DNA from: Williopsis jadinii
Taxonomy: Eukaryota
DNA: 64,000 nucleotides
NCBI GenBank assembly: GCA_024346625.1
Contig: AP024665.1
Span: forward strand, 1,674,001 to 1,738,000
Reading direction: 5' to 3'
Part shown: positions 21,927 to 32,667 of the stretch, one piece after another
Layout: each line of letters opens with the position of its first letter
How positions within the stretch are numbered: position 1 is the first letter of the stretch
Program-made: the position numbers and the translations under genes
Notes under the pieces: model-generated
The model's input: the letters and a program-made list of their open reading frames with translations, nothing else
Told to the model about the DNA's origin: nothing
Databases searched by the model: none

Positions 21927-23357
21927 TCAGTTTCTCACAACTTTGACTCTTCTTGTATACCACATGTAGGCTCTTTGTTGGACTGGTAAACCGAATGGAG
22001 AAATGACTTCAGATTTACCTGGAAGTGCAACTGGATCTCTGAGGTAGACAGCATGGCAAGTCTCGAAGGAGATCTCAATGTGCGAAGGTAAGATAGCGAA
22101 TGGAGCTATGAATGGACGAACCTTCCATGGTGTGAAATAAGGCTTACTTGGTTCTTCACGTCCAAACAATCCCCTTTGCCATGGCAAGTTGACCTTTACG
22201 GAGGATTCGTCTTCCAGTGCCTTTGAAACTTCAACACGTTTGTGGAAAGTCAATTTGTTTGCCCATTCTGGATCGTATGGAATCTCCCTTGTTGATGGGT
22301 CGAGTTTCTTTGCATCACTGGCCTTTCTAAGGTCCTCCCAGTGGATCGATTGTACAGATGAAACCAGCTGCTTGACCTCCGAGAAGATCTTCTTCTCAGC
22401 ATCACTTCTCTTAGCCTGTTCCTCCTTATCTAGTGCCTTGGAGACAATGGTATCTAGCTCCTTGTCAGATCTGGTTTTCAAAGTCTCAACGGTCAAACCA
22501 GGAGCTGTGATCACCTTCTCATAGAGCTTGAGGGCTTTGCCAGCAGCTTCTTCCGAAAGCTTTGGGAATGTACTGATAGTTGGGGTCTCGGTCTTCAGCC
22601 CCAATGTCAACACATCTTTCAAAACCTTAGATCTCGTGAATTCCTTTTGATCTTTGAGCATTTGCGACTCCAAGTTCTTGTTGAAGGTCAACACCCTTTG
22701 TTTCAAAGCCTCCTCTTCCTCTGCATCCAGCTGTTTCCCCAATCTCTTCTTCTCCCTTTGTGCATCCCAGACGGCCTTTGGGTTCTTCTTGGCCTTTGCC
22801 ACGTATTCATTCCACTTGGATATCTGAACATTATCAATCTTAGCAGCTTGTTTAACAGAAGGCTTCGTAGCACCCAATGCGGACAACACCTTCTCCGGCT
22901 TGACGCTAAAGATATCACCTGGGGATAGCGTGTAGCCCGGCTGCTTGATCTTGATCCCGTTAACATGGACATAGCCATGAAGAATGTACTGACGGGCTTG
23001 TCTAACAGAAGAGGCAAACATCGATCTGAAAAGGGCAAAATCTAGTCTCTTTTCCAGTACTGCATACGTTTGCAAAGGCACCGGGGTGGTCATATGGTTC
23101 TCACCACGCAACGACGCATCCAAGTGCGCAACGGACTCCAGCTTCTGCGAGAAATCAGCCTGGAATCTCTTCTCAGTCATGTGCTCACCGTGGTATGCCC
23201 TTGTTTCCTGCTTGGCGGTCCATTTCTGCTGATACAGGTTCTGTCCTTGGAAGCTCACACGGCCCTTCTTGTACAAGTTGAACAGATTGTACTTGTTCCA
23301 CGAAGCACGAACACGTCCACGCGACAGGGAGTTCAACACCTCGGCTTTTCTAGGCAT
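21927..23357 (-). CDS. NAM9: Mitochondrial ribosomal protein uS4m
   Basis: The true start is MPRKAEVLNSLSRGRVRASWNKYNLFN at 23357. It has an S4 domain (LEKRLDFALFRSMFASSVRQARQ). Confidence 0.93.
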   Translation of the reverse strand: MPRKAEVLNSLSRGRVRASWNKYNLFNLYKKGRVSFQGQNLYQQKWTAKQETRAYHGEHMTEKRFQADFSQKLESVAHLDASLRGENHMTTPVPLQTYAVLEKRLDFALFRSMFASSVRQARQYILHGYVHVNGIKIKQPGYTLSPGDIFSVKPEKVLSALGATKPSVKQAAKIDNVQISKWNEYVAKAKKNPKAVWDAQREKKRLGKQLDAEEEEALKQRVLTFNKNLESQMLKDQKEFTRSKVLKDVLTLGLKTETPTISTFPKLSEEAAGKALKLYEKVITAPGLTVETLKTRSDKELDTIVSKALDKEEQAKRSDAEKKIFSEVKQLVSSVQSIHWEDLRKASDAKKLDPSTREIPYDPEWANKLTFHKRVEVSKALEDESSVKVNLPWQRGLFGREEPSKPYFTPWKVRPFIAPFAILPSHIEISFETCHAVYLRDPVALPGKSEVISPFGLPVQQRAYMWYTRRVKVVRN

Positions 23358-23672
23358 CCTTTCCCGTGATTGTGTGTAGAAACAGTCGCTTGTGAGTTGA
23401 CCAAACGTTTGTTTCGAATGGGCAAAAACTTGCAAAGCCAACGAGTTTTGTCGAGTTGTCGAGGGAATAAAATTTTCAGTAAGGGGCAACATACACCCGA
23501 ACACTAAACATCCGGACAGCTAAACATCTGGACACCAGATGAATTCCAAAGTAAACAACCATCAACAACAACAACAACAGCAGCATCCAGCAGAGGTGGG
23601 CCACAATCAGCAATACACAAGCTGCTTTGTTTCGGGGCTTTTGTCGACATTTAATCATTTGAGACAAATACC

Positions 23673-25345
23673 ATGGTACACCAGTGGACAACGGAGGAGG
23701 ATATTGTACTTCTTAGGTCGATCTGTCTCTTCAAGCCGGTTGGTAAGTTGTGTGTGGTTTCAATGTTGTTGTATATACAACGTAGTTGATGGAAATAACT
23801 AACATTCTCGGTCAAGGCCAGAAGAAGCACTTCCACATGATTGCCATTTTGAAGGCATTGAACAATGGTAGAGACATGGATGATACGATAAGTGCACAGG
23901 ATGTGTGGGATAAGCTTGCGATGCTCTATGATCTGGAGGGACTGGATTCCTTGGAGGATGAAGATGAGAGCACTGGTGATGACGACGATCGCACCGTTGA
24001 GGAGAAAGCTGCAAAAGGCACTGTTCATGATTTCTCGTTACCGACAGAGAAGTACAGTGACATCATGGAAGATAAGGCCAGGGCTGTGGACTCTACAGAA
24101 GTCTCCGAAACCGATGGTGTCAATAAAGACGCAGAGAAAGAGGTAGGAGGACACGAAGTAGTTGCTCAAATTGTCAAGCATGACAATGAAGGAAAGACAG
24201 AAGAAGATAATGCCGAAGAGGAGAAGGTTGGAGACGAAGGTGAGTCGAAGCAAGTGGAGCAAGATAAAGCGGAGAAAGAACTCGAGAGGAAGGAAGAAGA
24301 GACAACAGAAGATAAAGAAGCGAGCGATGAAGTACAAGGGATCGAAGATGGCCCGAAAACGCAGATTGAAGCGAAAGAAGACGAAGCTGTGGAAGAAGCA
24401 GATAATCTAGAGGTGAAAGTTGAGCAAACTAAGGAATCTGCAAAGGAGGAAGTATCTGAGGATGTTGTGAAGGTAGACGAGCAGTTGAAAGAGGAAGAAG
24501 AAGTCGAAACTGAGGAAGAAGAAAAGCGAGAGGGTGGATTGGAAAGACAAAGCCATAGGGACGATACGGTGGAGACAAAGGTTGATGAGAAAGAACAGGA
24601 AGAGGAAGAGAAGGAGGAAGCGGAAGAGGAAGAGAAGGGGGAAGAAAAAGAAGGAAAAGAGGAAGTACTAAAAGAGGAAGAAGGAGAAGAAGAACAAGCA
24701 GAGCCAGAAACAGCAGCCGGGGACGGTGAGAAAGATGATGATCTTGAAAGTAAAACTACAATAGAGGTGGAAGAGAAGGACAAAGAAACAAAAGAGGAGG
24801 AAGAACATGAAGTTACAGACACTGCTCAATTCCCAGTTGAAAAGAAAGAAGATGAGAAGAAAACAGAGCAGAAAGAGAACATAGATGATGGACACAAGGA
24901 GGATGATGAGGAAGAAGAAACAGAAGAAAGAGAAGAAGAAGAGGAGGAAGAAGGAGAAGAAGAGGAAGAGGAAGAGGAGAGAGAAGAGGAAGAAAAAGAG
25001 GAAGCGAAACATGAGGAAGAAAATGAAGATGAGAAGGAAGTTGAACCAGAAGAAGAGGACAACTTACCAAGAACCAGAAAGAGAACTCGAGCAAGTACGA
25101 CAAGTACGACAAGTACGACAAGTACGACAAGTACGGCTAAGCCTATAACTAGGAAGAGAACGCGGAGTGTGAATCAATCTCCCCCACCTAGAAAGCTCAG
25201 AACAAGATCGCATGACGTTGATGACGCCAAAGAAGAGCCTAAGAAGGCACCAAAGAAATCCCCGGCAAAGAGGAAACCACAGCCTCCAAAGACCAGGACG
25301 AGGTCTCAGAGTCAGACAAAACGTCGTGGTGGGAGACGTAGCTGA
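23673..25345 (+). CDS. EAF7: NuA4 subunit Eaf7; exon1 23673-23742, intron 23743-23816
   Basis: Splicing gives MVHQWTTEEDIVLLRSICLFKPVGQKKHFHM (Eaf7 domain), followed by a long Glu-rich region and a basic tail. Synteny NAM9-EAF7-FPR1. Confidence 0.88.
25092..25135 (+). repeat. 9-bp tandem repeat (CAAGTACGA)x5 encoding STT repeats in Eaf7
   Basis: Directly visible in the sequence. Confidence 0.95.
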
Positions 25346-25461
25346 CTGAACAAAAATTCTAACTGTACATACAGATATTAATGATTTATTATCAAGGAAA
25401 GCGTATCTTGTAGCATTGATTAACGTTACTTATACTCACAACAGACAAACTGTTGAAAGAT

Positions 25462-25857
25462 CTAGTTAATCTTCAACAACTCAACGTCAAACACCAAGGT
25501 GGCATTTGGTGGAATCAAACCTGGGAAACCACGATCGCCGTAAGCCTTGTGGCCTGGGATGGTGAGGATGGCCTTTTCACCGACAGACAATTGTGGGATA
25601 CCTTCGTCCCAGCCCTTGATGACTTGACCAACACCAATGACACATTGGAATGGAGAGCCTCTGTCCCTGGAAGAGTCGAACTTCTTACCATTCTCCAAGG
25701 TACCGGTGTAATGGATGGTGACCTTGTCACCAATCTTTGGGAAGTTGACACCGTCACCTGGTGCAATTCTTTCGATCTTGAGGTCTGACATGTTGCGGAT
25801 AGTAGAAGTGAAGGTTCTCTTAAAGTGCTGAGCTCTAAAAGTTCTAATTGCAAGCAT
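25462..25857 (-). CDS. FPR1: FKBP12 peptidyl-prolyl isomerase with an upstream in-frame 22-aa extension (second ATG at 25791)
   Basis: [27 protein letters not shown] and [16 protein letters not shown] motifs. Confidence 0.95.
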   Translation of the reverse strand: MLAIRTFRAQHFKRTFTSTIRNMSDLKIERIAPGDGVNFPKIGDKVTIHYTGTLENGKKFDSSRDRGSPFQCVIGVGQVIKGWDEGIPQLSVGEKAILTIPGHKAYGDRGFPGLIPPNATLVFDVELLKIN

Positions 25858-26223
25858 TTAATACAAGGCTCCAATTCGCAACAGGAGAAGGAAAGAATCA
25901 AACGTTCGCCATCTCTGTCGAGTTCTCGGGGGTTGCGAGTTGAGAGCTCTGATGCAATTGCGTGCCAGGCGGGAGAGCATAGGGTAATGTAGTAAAGTAC
26001 TGGGAAGGACTGTAAACGGTATATTTCCTGATCTGGTAATAATGTATTGATTTAATTCTGATTATTCTTAAAACTGCATTAAACAAAATTGTGTAATGTT
26101 GCCCCGACGAATATGTGCTACAACATCAACAAACAACAACAACAACAACAACGATTTACTCCAGCTTTATACCACTCTGAGCCTTAGCAAAACGTATAGA
26201 TAGAGAGAGAGAAAGTGTGAGTG

Positions 26224-29200
26224 ATGGAATCATACCCATTGCAGCTGATATCTCATTTGTCGCCATTGGTGGTGATCCAAGGAATCGACCCACGGTGCAA
26301 GTCCTTAGCCACAGAGACAACACTGAAAGATGAGGAGGACATAAAGGATAACCCGCTGATGAGGGACACAGAGCGCTTACACAGGAAACAACGCTATGTC
26401 GATGATATCCCGCTGGTGAAAGACGTACTGAAGATATGGATGAAGTATCATCTGGATGGTGTTGTGTGGGACTCAAACTCTACAAAGCAACAGATGCCAA
26501 CACATCAACACAGATATCGGTTGAAGCCAGTTGATGACGATTACGCTTTACCGAACAAGACACATCCCTCTGAATTATCACCGGGAGAAGAGGGATCCAT
26601 CATAACTGCTGACTGGTTACAGAAGTACAGATGTATCATTCCATCGTTGTTCATTGGCATGTACTCTATAGATACCGATTTGACAGACGAAGCTGAGATT
26701 TCGAAAAAGGATGAAGATCTGGCAATGGAGATCCATATACTGAAAGATCAACTGATGAAGAGAAATGTGAAGCTGTTGGTGATTCTCGTGTCTGAAAAAT
26801 CTGTGGCTTTACACCCTGATTTAGAAGACCGTGTTAATGATATACGGAGAATTACCGGATTGAACAACAGAAATGGCCTTTTGTTACTCTCTTCTGGGAC
26901 AGCAAAGGAATTGCAGACGTTTGCTATGGAAGTGTTGCAAGTGATGAAGGTTTCATCGTCAGATTACTACGGAAACCTGGATAAAAACGTTAGAAGGAAG
27001 AAATCAAAAACCCTTTCCACAGTAAAGTCACCAGACCAGTCTCTAAAGAATCGCATAGAAGCAAGATATTCGATAAAGCTTGGTGTACTGAGTGAATTTA
27101 GACAACAGTATGAACCTGCGGTAAAACATTACGAAACTGCATATGAAAATATCGTTGAACTGTTAAACATGATACAACTGGATAATCCAAAATGGAAGGA
27201 AACAAGGTTATTGCTCGACACCACGCTGTTCCACATAGTTAGAATATATTTCTATTTGGAAAAGACCAATACCGCTTACAAAAAATTTGATGTTCATACC
27301 CAAACAGTGATGTACTTCTTAAAGGACAAGAGTGTTCCCGCAAATTCATTCGCTGTTTCTTGTTGGTTATCGCAACAGTTCAAATGGTTGGCACAGCTTT
27401 CAGATCTCTCACCGACGACTCTGGTTCCATCAGATACACCCTATAAGACGGATTCATTGAACAGGGTCTCTCCATTAGTACTACCACATTCAGGGTACTT
27501 GTACCTTCAAGCAGTGGATCTCTTGAAAAGAAGAGGCCCGAAGAATGAAGAGGTTGAATTAGATTCATATGCAACGGGATTGGTCACTGAATCTTATGAA
27601 GATTCATTGATCAATTTATTGAAGTTTGCCAAACTAGCGTTTCAAAAGAAGGATAACACTTTCAACAGAAGTATCGCCTACACCAACTTTCAACTAGGAC
27701 AAGAGTACTTCAATAATTATCAGTTCGAAAAGGCCATGAAATTCTTCGAGCAATCGTTAGATTGTTTAAAAGAAGATGAGTGGACTCACCTTCTTGCAGC
27801 CATCCACATGAAGTTACTGAAGTGTTCTCTCCATCTGAAAAAGCATTATTCATCCGTATTAAATCTTCTGGAGATTAGTTTATTACCTGAAAGCCCATCC
27901 ATGAAAACTGCATTGGGAACTGCAGAAGATTTCACAAATGATGAAAAAGACTTTGAAAACCTCTTGAAATCATCAGATGAAAGCATCATAATCAATGCGG
28001 ATGTGGATTCGAATCTTGATCTTTTCGAAACCTGTGTCTTATTCAAGAGAACAACTGTACCGTTGTCTAAAAATATTGAATTCCAGCTGAGAATTAAATC
28101 GCAGACAAACCACGCATTGAGAAATACTAAATTGGATGACGTTCTTGTTACCTTTGAAGGTCAAATTCCTTCACTGATATTGAAACATGATCCAAATGCG
28201 GCTAACAATGATGCCAATGTAATGTTTGATAAAATGGACCTTGATGAAGAACGGAAATGCTATCCAGTAACTGCCAATTTGTTATTTCAACCGCTCGAAG
28301 AGAAAACTTTCACATTTATCATTCCTGCGTTGCATATTGGCTCAAGTTCGTGTACTAAGATCTCAGGTGTCATGTCCTATGGTGAACTTTTTGAAGTGAG
28401 GTTATTAAGTTTACCGATGAAACAGAGTACTCTCGAATACAGACACGAATGGATCAATGCAAATGGATCAATAGATATTGTGCCAACGCTTGATCCTTTC
28501 ACCACTGAAGTTGTTCCAAGACAACCGGATACAAGAGTTTCTCTAGTGAGCACACCGAGTGCCGTGGTTTATGGAGAAAAAGTTTCGGTTGATATGTTAA
28601 TAGACAACGAAGACCATGAGAACGTTGATATGGATATTTCTGCCAAATTGTTATACGGAGAAAATCAGATTAACCACACCTGGAATGGGTCACTTTCTGA
28701 GTTGAAGCTCGTCTCTATCCCGAAGAGCAACGATATCAAAAATTCGATTAAGTTCGAAGTTCCACAGTATGTCAAGGAAGAAGAGATTCGTGATATTCAG
28801 CTACGCATAGACATTGTGTACTACGTTAACCATGATAGAGAAGTCCCAATGAGAGATTCTCTTCAAGTTATCATACCGATTGTTAACCCATTCACTATTG
28901 GTGTTTCCATCTACCCAAGAGTTAGAGAGGACGATCTACCAAAGACCTTTGAAATTGAGGAAGGTGATGTTGCCATTCCCAAACCATCAAGATATTGGCT
29001 CATGAGGCTGGCCGTTGTCACCGAGCCTGACACTGGTATCAAAGTGTTTGACGATACGCTTCATTTGAAATCCGGAAATGAGCATGTTCTATGCAGAGAA
29101 ATAGTTGATAACTATCGTCAACGTACGAAAGACGCTGGTGATATTGAATCCGATCATTACATAGAAACGGTGATCAATGATGGCCACACGTACCGAAACA

Positions 29201-29649
29201 TCGCATTTGAGGCCGTTCTTAGTTTGAAATGGCAAAGAGAGGGAAGCGACACTGTTAACGAGTATATCCACGAGAAGTGGAAGCTCAGTTTCCCACTGCT
29301 GGATCCAAGAGTACTTTTGGACATTGATGCGAATGACAAGAACAATGACCTCGTATTGACGTATCTCATTGAGAACCCAACGTCTCGTATCTTTGCCTTC
29401 TCTACAACGCTCATCGAGAACCAGGCTTTCCAGGCGAGTGGAACAAAGTCTCTGAGCCATCTTTCAGTGCTACCTTGTACAAGACAAGCCATCGTGTTCC
29501 ATGTTACTCCTTTATCCACTGGCTTGCTACAATTACCCCAGTTGAAAGTTTACGATTTGGACTACAGGGTTAATCTGCCAACGCTACCTATCACTGACAT
29601 TGCTCGTGCACATAAGCAAGAGGTATTCGTTCAAATTGACGATATTTAA
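26224..29649 (+). CDS. Probable TRAPPC11 / Foie gras-Gryzun family trafficking protein
   Basis: ~1140 aa. The N-terminus (MESYP...PLVVIQG), W..KY...IPS, RY..KLG..SEFRQ, TPR-like helices and C-terminal Ig-like repeats resemble fungal TRAPPC11. Confidence 0.7.
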   Translation: MESYPLQLISHLSPLVVIQGIDPRCKSLATETTLKDEEDIKDNPLMRDTERLHRKQRYVDDIPLVKDVLKIWMKYHLDGVVWDSNSTKQQMPTHQHRYRLKPVDDDYALPNKTHPSELSPGEEGSIITADWLQKYRCIIPSLFIGMYSIDTDLTDEAEISKKDEDLAMEIHILKDQLMKRNVKLLVILVSEKSVALHPDLEDRVNDIRRITGLNNRNGLLLLSSGTAKELQTFAMEVLQVMKVSSSDYYGNLDKNVRRKKSKTLSTVKSPDQSLKNRIEARYSIKLGVLSEFRQQYEPAVKHYETAYENIVELLNMIQLDNPKWKETRLLLDTTLFHIVRIYFYLEKTNTAYKKFDVHTQTVMYFLKDKSVPANSFAVSCWLSQQFKWLAQLSDLSPTTLVPSDTPYKTDSLNRVSPLVLPHSGYLYLQAVDLLKRRGPKNEEVELDSYATGLVTESYEDSLINLLKFAKLAFQKKDNTFNRSIAYTNFQLGQEYFNNYQFEKAMKFFEQSLDCLKEDEWTHLLAAIHMKLLKCSLHLKKHYSSVLNLLEISLLPESPSMKTALGTAEDFTNDEKDFENLLKSSDESIIINADVDSNLDLFETCVLFKRTTVPLSKNIEFQLRIKSQTNHALRNTKLDDVLVTFEGQIPSLILKHDPNAANNDANVMFDKMDLDEERKCYPVTANLLFQPLEEKTFTFIIPALHIGSSSCTKISGVMSYGELFEVRLLSLPMKQSTLEYRHEWINANGSIDIVPTLDPFTTEVVPRQPDTRVSLVSTPSAVVYGEKVSVDMLIDNEDHENVDMDISAKLLYGENQINHTWNGSLSELKLVSIPKSNDIKNSIKFEVPQYVKEEEIRDIQLRIDIVYYVNHDREVPMRDSLQVIIPIVNPFTIGVSIYPRVREDDLPKTFEIEEGDVAIPKPSRYWLMRLAVVTEPDTGIKVFDDTLHLKSGNEHVLCREIVDNYRQRTKDAGDIESDHYIETVINDGHTYRNIAFEAVLSLKWQREGSDTVNEYIHEKWKLSFPLLDPRVLLDIDANDKNNDLVLTYLIENPTSRIFAFSTTLIENQAFQASGTKSLSHLSVLPCTRQAIVFHVTPLSTGLLQLPQLKVYDLDYRVNLPTLPITDIARAHKQEVFVQIDDI

Positions 29650-29981
29650 AAGGATATATATATATGGACAAATGTTTGGATTAATAAACCGTAAGAATTG
29701 TTGACAATTGTCCTAAGTGGAGGGGGGAGGGGATTGGAACCGTGCCGTGGCTTGTAAATTCTGTACAGATTTCGAGAGTTATTCTTCCGGCGCGCGTCTG
29801 CACAAAAAGACGCAACTTGCATTAGAAAGGACAAAGGACAAGAGCAAGGACAAAACAAGAATCTGTCACTTGCGAAGGTGATAGATGCGGGGACAAACAT
29901 TAAAAGTATAAAGATGGGCGTACAAGACATTCGATCTAAGGATCCCAACCGTCTTTGGGATTCCTAATAAGCAGACTGATT

Positions 29982-30761
29982 ATGGCGTATAAGTACATCC
30001 TCACATCGGAACCACGTAGTGGTGTTCTGCAAGTTCAATTGAACCGTCCAAGGGCCTTTAATGCATTGAATACACAGATCATAAACGAGCTAAAGGACGC
30101 CATTGGTCAAGCAGATAGAAATCCCGATCACTTTGGTGCAGTGGTCATTACTGGTGATCACAATGCCTTCGCCGCTGGCGCTGACATTAAAGAGATGGTT
30201 GGATTAACGTCTCAAGAGGTCCTGAAAAGAAACCTCTTGTCCAATTTGGACATTAGCGAATTTGGTGTTCCAATCATTGCCGCGGTGGAGGGGTTTGCCC
30301 TTGGTGGAGGTTGTGAATTGGCTATGAATGCAGACATCATCTACGCATCCACTAGTGCACAGTTTGGACAGCCAGAGATCTTATTGGGCGTGCTGCCAGC
30401 AGCTGGAGGTACACAGAGGCTGATAAGAGCAATTGGTAAGTCACGTGCGATGGAGTTCATCCTCACCGGTGATACCTTTTCAGGTGAAGAAGCCGAGAGG
30501 TGGGGGTTGGTATCAAAGGTATTTGAGCCCGGCACGGTGCTTGAGAATGCACTAGACTTGGCTGAAAGGTTGGCCGATGGTCCAAGGATAACAGCCAAAG
30601 CGTGCAAAAAGGCAGTGAACACAGCCAATGAAACAGGTCTAACCAATGGATTGTCCGTTGAGAAATCGTTATTCTACGCACTTTTCGGCAATGATGAGCA
30701 GAAAGAAGGAATGGGCGCGTTTATTGCAAAGAGACCACCAAAGTTCAATTCAAAGCTGTAG
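29982..30761 (+). CDS. Enoyl-CoA hydratase (crotonase) with C-terminal PTS1
   Basis: AFAAGADIKEM, ALGGGCELAM, FGQPEI and AGGTQRL motifs. The protein ends in SKL. Confidence 0.9.
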   Translation: MAYKYILTSEPRSGVLQVQLNRPRAFNALNTQIINELKDAIGQADRNPDHFGAVVITGDHNAFAAGADIKEMVGLTSQEVLKRNLLSNLDISEFGVPIIAAVEGFALGGGCELAMNADIIYASTSAQFGQPEILLGVLPAAGGTQRLIRAIGKSRAMEFILTGDTFSGEEAERWGLVSKVFEPGTVLENALDLAERLADGPRITAKACKKAVNTANETGLTNGLSVEKSLFYALFGNDEQKEGMGAFIAKRPPKFNSKL

Positions 30762-30779
30762 ATTTTTCTTCTCCAGTAT

Positions 30780-32342
30780 CTATTTCATAATGCGATGTTC
30801 AGTTTCAAGTTTGTCAACTTGTTTCTTCAGGTCCAACAACGTGTTTATGGTCTTGTAGAGTTCATCCTGTTTGGCAACAACACTCTCCGTAGACATGACA
30901 GGCTTACGTCCAAGACCCAATTCGTTCAAGATGGCGACGATTCTGTTTTGAACGTTTGGTTTATAGGTTGGGATCTTTGAAGACCTTAGAAACACACCAG
31001 GTGTAATCTTTTCCGCATGTACTTGTAGACCAAAGGCTGCTTCCTCTCTTGGTGTCAAGTTCTTCGAAAGAAGCATAGATATTGGACTATCCTTAACTCT
31101 TTTATGTTGCTCCATTCTTTCTTGCTGTAGTTGTTTCTGTCTAGAGAGGTGCTGTTGCTTGAACTTCTCATTCAAAGCAGCTAATGGGTTTTCTGGGGCA
31201 GGTGAATCCACCCTGCGTTTACGCTTCTCTGTCATTAACTGGTTGTACAACTGTGTTAACCCTTGAGACGAGAGGTATTGATTTATCGAGCCTGTAGCGT
31301 GGGGTGAATCCAACAGTTGCAGTAACTGGGCTCTTTCAGCAATTGTATTCTTTGCAGCAGCCTCGAATTTTTTGGCTTCGATCAATAAACTCTCCTCTTC
31401 AGCGATCTCTGCAGGAGATCTCTCCAATAGTCTGATAAGGTACTTCTTTCTTTCAATCTCTTTGTGTTTGTTATAGTTGAGATTCGAGATCAAGTTCGAA
31501 TTCTGTGCAGTTTCTTCTTGTTCGTTTTGGTATATGAGGATCCTTTGACAAACCCCGTAGAATCTCTCCTGGAGATCCTCTAAGGAACGACCAGTTGGCT
31601 CCTCATAGTTGTATCTATCGTTTATGACTATCCATTTCAGGTCAAACGCCTTTGCAAGGTCAAACAGGTATCTGGTCTCCTTATAGCACCATGGAACAGC
31701 CTTGTTCTCTGTTTCAACCTCATCAGTCCTCGATTCCGATTCTGATTCCTGCGTCATCTGAGCATCTTTCGTCTCTTCTGTGGAAGTGGTCTTCTCCGTA
31801 TCTTTCTTATCTGATTCACTTTCAATGGTCGATTTCTCCTTAGAAAGGTTTCCATCAATCGGCGTCACACTCGAATCAGTATCTTCGACGGCCTTCGTGG
31901 CTTCACCAGACTCCATATCAACGTCAGCCTCCTCCATCTTGTCCATATCACTGATAAAGGTCAAATAGTCATCCTCAGTGAAGTCAGGAATGTTCAACTC
32001 AGTGTTATACTTCTCAAATTTGTATGGAAGCTCAGAGGCCTCAACGGTTTCCTTGGAGCCTTTCACCCAATGATGCAACTTCAGCCCATCCGTTCTCGCA
32101 TTGTTCTTGAAAGCAGCCCAAGTCCAAGAAGACGGCTTCTCCAGCGCATTCAGCCTGTCCTTGAACTTCTGTTGATTTCTAACAGCAACAGGAGGCGTGT
32201 TTTGACCTAATAACTGGAATAGTTCTCTATTCATACCGGTCAGAGCTTTGGCCTTCTGTTCTGTTTTCTGTTTCTTCTTTGGAGGCTGTGATGAGCTCCC
32301 CGAATGCTGAACATTCAGCACGTCCAGGATTTCAGATGACAT
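30780..32342 (-). CDS. SWC4: NuA4/SWR1 subunit Swc4 (DMAP1)
   Basis: MSSEILDVL start, WTWAAFKNNARTDGLKLHHW, and a SANT domain (DLKWIVINDRY). Confidence 0.92.
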   Translation of the reverse strand: MSSEILDVLNVQHSGSSSQPPKKKQKTEQKAKALTGMNRELFQLLGQNTPPVAVRNQQKFKDRLNALEKPSSWTWAAFKNNARTDGLKLHHWVKGSKETVEASELPYKFEKYNTELNIPDFTEDDYLTFISDMDKMEEADVDMESGEATKAVEDTDSSVTPIDGNLSKEKSTIESESDKKDTEKTTSTEETKDAQMTQESESESRTDEVETENKAVPWCYKETRYLFDLAKAFDLKWIVINDRYNYEEPTGRSLEDLQERFYGVCQRILIYQNEQEETAQNSNLISNLNYNKHKEIERKKYLIRLLERSPAEIAEEESLLIEAKKFEAAAKNTIAERAQLLQLLDSPHATGSINQYLSSQGLTQLYNQLMTEKRKRRVDSPAPENPLAALNEKFKQQHLSRQKQLQQERMEQHKRVKDSPISMLLSKNLTPREEAAFGLQVHAEKITPGVFLRSSKIPTYKPNVQNRIVAILNELGLGRKPVMSTESVVAKQDELYKTINTLLDLKKQVDKLETEHRIMK

Positions 32343-32667
32343 TTCTCTTTTTATGGCCTTGTAGTGTAATCCCAAGGTTGTTGATGTTGTTGTTGATGTT
32401 GTTTTCTGTGAAGTTTGTGGTTTTGATGCTCTCTGGCAAAAAAGAGAAACAGAACAAGGTGGTGTTTGGGTGTTTGGGTGTCCAGGTGTTCATATGTCCA
32501 GGTGTCCAGGTGTCCAGGTGTTCTGAAACAATAGGAGAGGAAGGCCCCGGTCAGTAAATAATGCTCAACATTTCAATACTTTGAGTTGAATGGAATAAAC
32601 AAACCCTTCAACAAGAACCCCCCTGACGGGCGAGATATCCATTTTCTCATTGATTTGATTGGAAAGT

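Noticed and set aside
24166..25130. Ser/Phe/Leu-rich minus-strand ORFs
   Set aside because: Antisense shadows of the Glu-rich EAF7 region.
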